64,000 nt of DNA from Eledone cirrhosa. Taxonomy: Eukaryota. The translations under genes and the position numbers were made by a program. The stretch covers positions 250,914,001 to 250,978,000 of the forward strand of contig OZ024743.1 in NCBI GenBank assembly GCA_964016885.1. Direction: 5' to 3'. The notes under the pieces were generated by a model. The model ran no database searches. It was not told the origin of the DNA and saw nothing but the letters and a program-made list of their open reading frames with translations. Numbering within the stretch: position 1 is the first letter of the stretch; each line of letters begins with the position of its first letter. This document shows positions 55,750 to 64,000 of this stretch, piece by piece.

Positions 55750-57080
55750 TATAGTCATCAGAATCAATCACAATAACTGTTTTCATCTGCACCAGGGAAG
55801 GTCCTAGTCCTCGCCTTATTGATACTGGACTTGAACTTTTGAAGTGCGAGGATGATGTCAATTTGGTTGTGAGTCCTGCGATTGGGTGCAAGTTTTTCCT
55901 CATAAGGAACAATGTGATAGCTAGAGTCAGCTTGTGGGTGCTAGTAAATTCTAGGAGGTGGAGTCCATAATCCTTTTTTTCTTCAATTCCAAATTGTCTC
56001 GCTGTACCAGCCCATTGGTCATATGCATCTGAGCCTACTTTGGTGTTCAAGTCTCCTAAGACGATGAGGATATCTTTTTAGGAGACATCCTGATTATTTT
56101 CCATAGAAATCTTCAACAGCATCCCCATCATAATCAAGTATTGGTGCATAGACTTACATGATGGTAATATTCTGTGGTCATGTAGCTACCTGCTTGGTGA
56201 GGATTTTGTTGAATACTAGCATGCAGCTGATGACTGATGTCTGTCAGAGCATACATCTAATGACATATCTCTGTCAGAATATATGGGAAACAAAGATGTG
56301 GCTAGAGGAGTGGACCCAATTACGGATGATACCTATACCCAAAAAATGAAACTTAAGACTGCAAGAATTAGAGAAAAATCAGCCTAATTCGCCACCCCAG
56401 CAAAGTACTGTTTAGAGTTCTTATAAATAGACCTAAGAGAAAAAACAGAAGAAATCCTAGCAGAAGAAGAAGCAGGATTCAGGCCCCAGAGAAGTACAAC
56501 TGAGTACTATTTAACATTAGACTGCTCACTGAGAAACACCTGCATCATCAATATGACCCCTATCATAACTTCATCGACTTTAAAAAACCTTTAACTGTGT
56601 TTGGTATGAGGGTTTGTAGAAGGTGATGAAGGATTACAACTTTGACATCAACCTCATTGTAGTAATTTAACCCTTTAATGTTCAAAAAGGCCAATACCGG
56701 ACAGAATTCTCTACATCTTTCTGTTGAAACTGGCTGTAACTGGTTGCTCAAACCGGTTTTTTAGGTATTGTTCTCAAAATAAATACTTTCAAAATCTCAT
56801 AGATTCGATATTATGTGAGATAATTATGTGAGGTAAAGCCTTTACCATGAAAATATAATAGTATATATAGAGTAATGTGAATGCTAATGGGTTAAGCACT
56901 ATATAACAACTCAAACAGTGCAGTTCTCCTGAATAACAACACTGGAGAATTCTTCAGGGCAACAATGGGAGTCCGACAAGGGTGTCTTCTTTTTCCCATG
57001 ATTTTCAACATCTTCCTGGAAAATATTATGTAAGAGACTCTCCAAGACTTCCACACCTCAGTTTCCATTGGAGGATGGGC
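55750..57080. mobile_element. Degenerate RTE-like LINE with inverted 5' part (APE remnant on minus, RT remnant on plus)
   Basis: Minus: GDLNTKVG...GLHLLEF; plus: EEWTQ..IPIPKK, AEEEAGFRPQRSTTE, GVRQGCLLFPMIFNIFLE. Confidence 0.75.
56671..56891. mobile_element. piggyBac-type MITE (221 bp) inserted in the LINE RT remnant
   Basis: TTAA|CCCTTTAATGTTCA...TGAATGCTAATGGG|TTAA; RT reading resumes on the far side. Confidence 0.85.
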
Positions 57081-57549
57081 CATTTTCAACCAATTTTTCT
57101 CCTTAATTTTCATCCTTACGGGGTCGATAAAATAAAGTACCAGTAATACACTGGTATAATTGCTGGCCTTGTGCCAAAAGTAGAAACAAATATATTAGGA
57201 CAATAAGATCGGCTTATATCAATGCTGGAAATAGCAAGCAAAAACCGTCTAAGTCAGTTGAAACAATGATGGAGCAGTCAATATTAATTTATACCTCTAT
57301 AAAGTTAACTGTCTCTAACACATAGAGTAGAACATTTTCATACAGTAATTCAGTTTTGCATCATGTTGCTTCCCCATGCAGTCTACAAATAGCATGGTTT
57401 ATATGCTATATATTCAGCTTGTCCTTATGGGTGGAATATATTCATATGGTAATTCAGCAATACACCACCTTGTTCACTATATGACCTAGCAGTGGAATGG
57501 TATGTATGATATATTTTCAACTTGTCCTCTTATTCTTATGAAGAATTCG

Positions 57550-57648
57550 GCTCCTGATGAAGAAACTTCAGTTCTTCCAATATTGGTTATACCAATGTCT
57601 TGGAATTCTCGGTCTTGCTTCTTGAGTTTCAGAAACCATGGTTGGGGC
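57550..57648 (+). ncRNA. Degenerate hammerhead
   Basis: CTGATGA-A-GAAACTT/GAGTTTC-A-GAAAC-CATG-GTT; weak stem I. Confidence 0.6.
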
Positions 57649-57799
57649 AATATATAAGTTAAAATTGACTTTTTTGTAGTTGATTTGACTTGTATCCCCC
57701 TGCAAAAAATGAGATGTGGGTTTATATTTTATATATATGTATGTATGGTCCTGTAACTCCTGATAGAGTCATAGGGACAGTGTATTGACATACGATGCT

Positions 57800-58046
57800 T
57801 CTTGGGCATTTTAAGCCTGGTGGAGCCCATCCTTCTTCAAAAGAAAGATAGAAAGTGAGAGAGGAAATGAGAAAGAGATATAGAGGAAGAATCCACCCAG
57901 TACTGGACTGGTACTTTTTTATCAACCTCGAAAGGATGAAAGGCAAAGTTGACCTCAGCGGGATTTTAACTCAGAGGGCAGAGAGCTGAAATGAATACCA
58001 TAAAGCATTCTATTCGATGTGCTAATGACTCTACCAATTCGCCACC
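57800..58046 (-). mobile_element. SINE family 1, long-tailed variant
   Basis: Head GGCGAATTGGTAGAGTC...GAGTTAAAATCCCGCTGAGGTCAACTTTGCCTTTCATCC. Confidence 0.8.
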
Positions 58047-58135
58047 TATTTTATATATATATGTATATATATATATATTTTGTTTCCTAATTTGTTTATC
58101 AAGGTTCTTTATCTGAAAACGTGTGTTGAAACCGA

Positions 58136-58703
58136 TATTGTTATACTTTGGGAGGGTCATGTTGCCAATAAGAAACACATGCACCAGTTGCTTTCACTCC
58201 AATTTATTATAAATTAAATTTATAAATTTAAGAATTCATAAATATAAATGAACTCCAACCAAAATTAAATAGAAAACATGAATGGAATAGCAACATCACA
58301 ACTTACAATTAAGGATAAAATGAAAACACACACACATAGAACAAACAACCAACCAGTAACATGTAAATAAACAAATAAATAAACAAATAAAAACACACAG
58401 ACACCCGGATGTAACACATGCGCAAACTAAGCACACAACACACACAAAAACAAGATGGTGTAGGACAGAATAAAGGAGAGGCACAAAACAAAGAAAAGAA
58501 TCCTCAGTCACTGAAGAGGTCACAGAATGTGACGAAAGAACTTTGACAATATATGAACAACCGTCCGGTTGTGGAACCAACCAGCCAACCAGAAATTTAT
58601 AAATTCTTAAATTTATAAATTTAATTTATAACAAATTGGAGTGAAAGCAACTTGTGCGTGTGTTTCTTATTGGCAGCATGACCCTCCCAAAGTATAACAA
58701 TAT
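58136..58703 (+). mobile_element. Extreme 3' fragment of a Penelope-like element with inverted 5' copy of its terminus
   Basis: ELQPKLNRKHEWN matches the C-terminus at about 20520; arms 58136-58243 and 58594-58703. Confidence 0.85.
58507..58547 (+). ncRNA. Minimal PLE hammerhead
   Basis: Stem I GTCA/TGAC; CTGAAGA-G; stem II GTCACA/TGTGAC; GAAAG-AA-CTT. Confidence 0.75.
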
Positions 58704-58782
58704 ATATATATATATAAATATGTATGTATATATATATATATATATATATAGATATATATATATACATATCATGACCGAATGG

Positions 58783-58823
<41 letters not shown>

Positions 58824-58869
58824 TCATCATCATTTTACGTTCGCTTTTCGCTGCTTGCAAGGGTGGGAC

Positions 58870-58943
<74 letters not shown>

Positions 58944-59230
58944 GTGTGTGTGAGTGTGCATATGTATATATGGATCTCTCTCTATATATATGTGTATATA
59001 TAAATATGTAAATGTATATATATATATATGTATATATAGATGTATTTATATATATGTATATATAAGTATGTATATATATATATGTATCTTTATGTGTTTA
59101 TATTATTATTATAATTTTTACTGTTATTATTAGCCTTTTATTTACTACTATAATGGAATAAAATAAGATAAGATCCTTCCCAATTAACCTTAATGTCAAC
59201 AAGGTGGACGAAAGGGCATTATTTATTATC

Positions 59231-59620
59231 GTGCGGTGGATTGGCAGTATCGGTAGAGGGTCGGACGTCATGTTTTCCAGCATAGTTACGTCCTCTTACG
59301 ATCTGAGTTCAAATCCCGCCGAGGTTGACTTTGCCTTTCATCCTTACGCGGTCGATAAAATAAAGTACCAGTAATGCACTGAGTGATTGCTGGCCTTGTG
59401 CCTAAAGTAGAAACAATTATTTATTATAGTTGTTGGATTGGCAATATCGGTAGAGGGTCAGACACCATGCTTTGCAGCATAGAGTTACGGTCCTTGCCAT
59501 TCTGAGTTCAAATCCCGCCGAGGTTAACTTTGCCTTTCATCCTTACGGGGTCGATAAAATAAAGTACCAGTAATGCACTGGATAATTGCTGGCCTTGTGC
59601 CAAAAGTAGAAACAATTATT
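59231..59620 (+). mobile_element. Two tandem SINE family 1 copies in (ATT)n
   Basis: 59231-59420 and about 59432-59620, head to tail. Confidence 0.9.
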
Positions 59621-59669
59621 TATTATTGTTGTTGTTGTCATTTGTGCTGAATTTGTTGTTGTTGGTTAT

Positions 59670-62600
59670 ATTATTGTTGTTGATGGTGTTGTTGGTGGTG
59701 CTATTGTCATTGGTTGTTGATGGTGTTGTTGGTGATGTTATTGTCATTGGTTGTTGATGGTGTTGTTGGTGATGTTATTGTCATTGGTTGTTGATGGTGT
59801 TGTTGGTGGTGCTATTGTCATTGGTTGTTGATGGTGTTGTTGGTGGTGTTATTGTCATTGGTTGTTGATGGTGTTGTTGGTGGTGCTATTGTCATTGGTT
59901 GTTGATGGTGTTGTTGGTGGAGCTATTGTCATTGGTTGTTGATGGTGTTGTTGGTGATGTTATTGTCATTGGTTGTTGATGGTGTTGTTGGTGATGTTAT
60001 TGTCATTGGTTGTTGATGGTGTTGTTGGTGATGTTATTATCATTGGTGTTGATGGTGTTGTTGGTGGTGTTATTGTCATTGGTTGTTGATGGTGTTGTTG
60101 GTGGTGTTATTGTCATTGGTTGCTGATGGTGTTGTTGGTGATGTTATTGTCATTGGTTGTTGATGGTGTTGTTGGTGGTGTTATTGTCATTGGTTGTTGA
60201 TGGTGTTGTTGGTGATGTTATTGTCATTGGTTGTTGATGATGTTGTTGGTGGTGTTATTGTCATTGGTTGTTGATGGTGTTGTTGGTGGTGTTATTGTCA
60301 TTGGTTGTTGATGGTGTTGTTGGTGATGTTATTGTCATTGTTGTTGATGGTGTTGTTGGTGGTGCTATTGTCATTGGTTGTTGATGGTGTTGTTGGTGAT
60401 GTTATTGTCATTGGTTGTTGATGGTGTTGTTGGTGATGTTATTGTCATTGGTTGTTGATGGTGTTGTTGGTGATGTTATTATCATTGTTGTTGATGGTGT
60501 TGTTGGTGGTGCTATTGTCATTGGTTGTTGATGGTGTTGTTGGTGATGTTATTGTCATTGGTTGTTGATGGTGTTGTTGGTGATGTTATTGTCATTGGTT
60601 GTTGATGGTGTTGTTGGTGATGTTATTGTCATTGGTTGTTGATGGTGTTGTTGGTGATGTTATTGTCATTGGTTGTTGATGGTGTTGTTGGTGATGTTAT
60701 TGTCATTGGTTGTTGATGGTGTTGTTGGTGATGTTATTGTCATTGGTTGTTGATGGTGTTGTTGGTGATGTTATTGTCATTGGTTGTTGATGGTGTTGTT
60801 GGTGATGTTATTATCATTGGTGTTGATGGTGTTGTTGGTGGTGTTATTGTCATTGGTTGTTGATGGTGTTGTTGGTGGTGTTATTGTCATTGGTTGCTGA
60901 TGGTGTTGTTGGTGATGTTATTGTCATTGGTTGTTGATGGTGTTGTTGGTGGTGCTATTGTCATTGGTTGTTGATGGTGTTGTTGGTGGTGCTATTGTCA
61001 TTGGTTGTTGATGGTGTTGTTGGTGATGTTATTGTCATTGGTTGTTGATGGTGTTGTTGGTGGTGTTATTGTCATTGGTTGTTGATGGTGTTGTTGGTGG
61101 TGCTATTGTCATTGGTTGTTGATGGTGTTGTTGGTGATGTTATTGTCATTGGTTGTTGATGGTGTTGTTGGTGATGTTATTGTCATTGGTTGTTGATGGT
61201 GTTGTTGGTGATGTTATTGTCATTGGTTGTTGATGATGTTGTTGGTGATGTTATTGTCATTGGTTGTTGATGATGTTGTTGGTGATGTTATTGTCATTGG
61301 TTGTTGATGATGTTGTTGGTGATGTTATTGTCATTGGTTGTTGATGGTGTTGTTGGTGATGTTATTGTCATTGGTTGTTGATGATGTTGTTGGTGATGTT
61401 ATTGTCATTGGTTGTTGATGATGTTGTTGGTGGTGTTATTGTCATTGGTTGTTTATGGTGTTGTTGGTGGTGTTATTGTCATTGGTTGTTTATGGTGTTG
61501 TTGGTGATGTTATTGTCATTGGTTGTTGATGGTGTTGTTGGTGATGTTATTGTCATTGGTTGTTGATGATGTTGTTGGTGGTGTTATTGTCATTGGTTGT
61601 TTATGGTGTTGTTGGTGATGTTATTGTCATTGGTTGTTGATGGTGTTGTTGGTGATGTTTTTGTCATTGGTTGTTGATGGTGTTGTTGGTGATGTTATTG
61701 TCATTGGTTGTTGATGATGTTGTTGGTGATGTTATTGTCATTGGTTGTTGATGATGTTGTTGGTGATGTTATTGTCATTGGTTGTTGATGATGTTGTTGG
61801 TGATGTTATTGTCATTGGTTGTTGATGGTGTTGTTGGTGATGTTATTATCATTGGTGTTGATGGTGTTGTTGGTGATGTTATTGTCATTGGTTGTTGATG
61901 GTGTTGTTGGTGATGTTATTGTCATTGGTTGTTGATGGTGTTGGTGATGTTATTGTCATTGGTTGTTGATGGTGTTGGTGATGTTATTGTCATAGGTTGT
62001 TGATGGTGTTGTTGGTGGTGCTATTGTCATTGGTTGTTGATGGTGTTGTTGATGGTGCTATTGTCATTGGTTGTTGATGGTGTTGTTGGTGATGTTATTG
62101 TCATTGGTTGTTGATGATGTTGTTGGTGATGTTATTGTCATTGGTTGTTGATGGTGTTGTTGGTGATGTTATTATCATTGGTGTTGATGGTGTTGTTGGT
62201 GATGTTATTGTCATTGGTTGTTGATGGTGTTGTTGGTGGTGCTATTGTCATTGGTTGTTGATGGTGTTGTTGGTGGTGTTATTGTCATTGGTTGTTGATG
62301 GTGTTGTTGGTGATGTTATTGTCATTCGTTGTTGATGGTGTTGTTGGTGATGTTATTATCATTGGTGTTGATGGTGTTGTTGGTGGTGTTATTGTCATTG
62401 GTTGTTGATGGTGTTGTTGGTGGTGCTATTGTCATTGGTTGTTGATGGTGTTGTTGGTGATGTTATTGTCATTGGTTGTTGATGGTGTTGTTGGTGATGT
62501 TATTGTCATTGGTTGTTGATGGTGTTGTTGGTGATGTTATTATCATTGGTTGTTGATGGTGTTGTTGGTGGTGTTATTGTCATTGGTTGTTGATGGTGTT

Positions 62601-64000
62601 GTTGGTGATGTTATTGTCATTGGTTGTTGATGGTGTTGTTGGTGGTGTTATTGTCATTGGTTGTTGATGGTGTTCTTGGTGGTGTTATTGTCATTGGTTG
62701 TTGATGGTGTTGTTGGTGATATTATTGTCATTGGTTGTTGATGGTGTTGTTGGTGATGTTATTGTCATTGGTTGTTGATGGTGTTGTTGGTGGTGTTATT
62801 GTCATTGGTTGCTGATGGTGTTGTTGGTGGTGTTATTGTCATTGGTTGTTGATGGTGTTGTTGGTGGTGTTATTGTCATTGGTTGTTGATGATGTTGTTG
62901 GTGGTGTTATTGTCATTGGTTGTTGATGGTGTTGTTGGTGATGTTATTGTCATTGGTTGTTGATGGTGTTGTTGGTGATGTTATTATCATTGGTTGTTGA
63001 TGGTGTTGTTGGTGGTGCTATTGTCATTGGTTGTTGATGGTGTTGTTGGTGATGTTATTGTCATTGGTTGTTGATGGTGTTGTTGGTGGTGTTATTGTCA
63101 TTGGTTGTTGATGGTGTTCTTGGTGGTGTTATTGTCATTGGTTGTTGATGGTGTTGTTGGTGATATTATTGTCATTGGTTGTTGATGGTGTTGTTGGTGA
63201 TGTTATTGTCATTGGTTGTTGATGGCGTTGTTGGTGGTGTTATTGTCATTGGTTGCTGATGGTGTTGTTGGTGGTGTTATTGTCATTGGTTGTTGATGGT
63301 GTTGTTGGTGGTGTTATTGTCATTGGTTGTTGATGATGTTGTTGGTGGTGTTATTGTCATTGGTTGTTGATGGTGTTGTTGGTGGTGTTATTGTCATTGG
63401 TTGTTGATGGTGTTGTTGGTGATATTATTGTCATTGGTTGTTGATGGTGTTGTTGGTGATGTTATTGTCATTGGTTGTTGATGGTGTTGTTGGTGGTGTT
63501 ATTGTCATTGGTTGTTGATGGTGTTGTTGGTGGTGTTATTGTCATTGGTTGCTGATGGTGTTGTTGGTGATGTTATTGTCATTGGTTGTTGATGGTGTTG
63601 TTGGTGGTGTTATTGTCATTGGTTGCTGATGGTGTTGTTGGTGATGTTATTGTCATTGGTTGTTGATGGTGTTGTTGGTGGTGTTATTGTCATTGGTTGT
63701 TGATGATGTTGTTGGTGATGTTATTGTCATTGGTTGTTGATGGTGTTGTTGGTGGTGTTATTGTCATTGGTTGTTGATGATGTTGTTGGTGATGTTATTG
63801 TCATTGGTTGTTGATGGTGTTGTTGGTGGTGTTATTGTCATTGGTTGTTGATGGTGTTGTTGGTGGTCTTATTGTCATTGGTTGTTGATGGTGTTGTTGG
63901 TGATGTTATTGTCATTGGTTGTTGATGGTGTTGTTGGTGATGTTATTGTCATTGGTTGTTGATGATGTTGTTGGTGATGTTATTGTCATTGGTTGTTGAT
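59670..64000. repeat. 37-bp minisatellite TGGTTGTTGATGGTGTTGTTGGTGATGTTATTGTCAT, more than 110 copies, runs off the window
   Basis: Unit starts at 59711, 59748 and so on; highly homogeneous. Confidence 0.97.

Noticed and set aside
59670-64000. CRISPR array or repetitive protein gene
   Set aside because: No unique spacers, eukaryotic context, and a 37-bp unit that is not a multiple of three

Overview
Repeat-dominated animal genomic DNA, most likely an octopus or other cephalopod (inferred from the dense (TA)n/(CA)n/(AAT)n/(GAT)n microsatellites and the SINE, RTE, R4 and Penelope families present). No host protein-coding exon can be supported. Nearly all long ORFs in the track are microsatellite or minisatellite artefacts. 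Real coding remnants are all retroelements: a near full-length R4/Dong-type RLE element (33.1-36.7 kb) followed by two more R4 copies and a Tx1/L1 3' end in one (AAT)n tract; several RTE fragments; and Penelope-like (PLE) RT/GIY-YIG fragments. Also present are a solo LTR, a non-autonomous Helitron, piggyBac-type MITEs, two SINE families with candidate partner LINEs in the window, and two multi-kb G/T-rich minisatellites. The most striking signal is a diverse set of non-coding elements nested mostly in (TA)n tracts. They carry type I hammerhead ribozymes (about ten recognisable cores in mostly unrelated sequence contexts), show partial-tandem and fold-back architecture typical of PLE mobilisation, and in two cases contain internal tRNA-like cassettes. 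Together they look like a system of non-autonomous, retrozyme-like RNAs that depend on PLE enzymes. All structures were paired by eye; no folding or database search was run.
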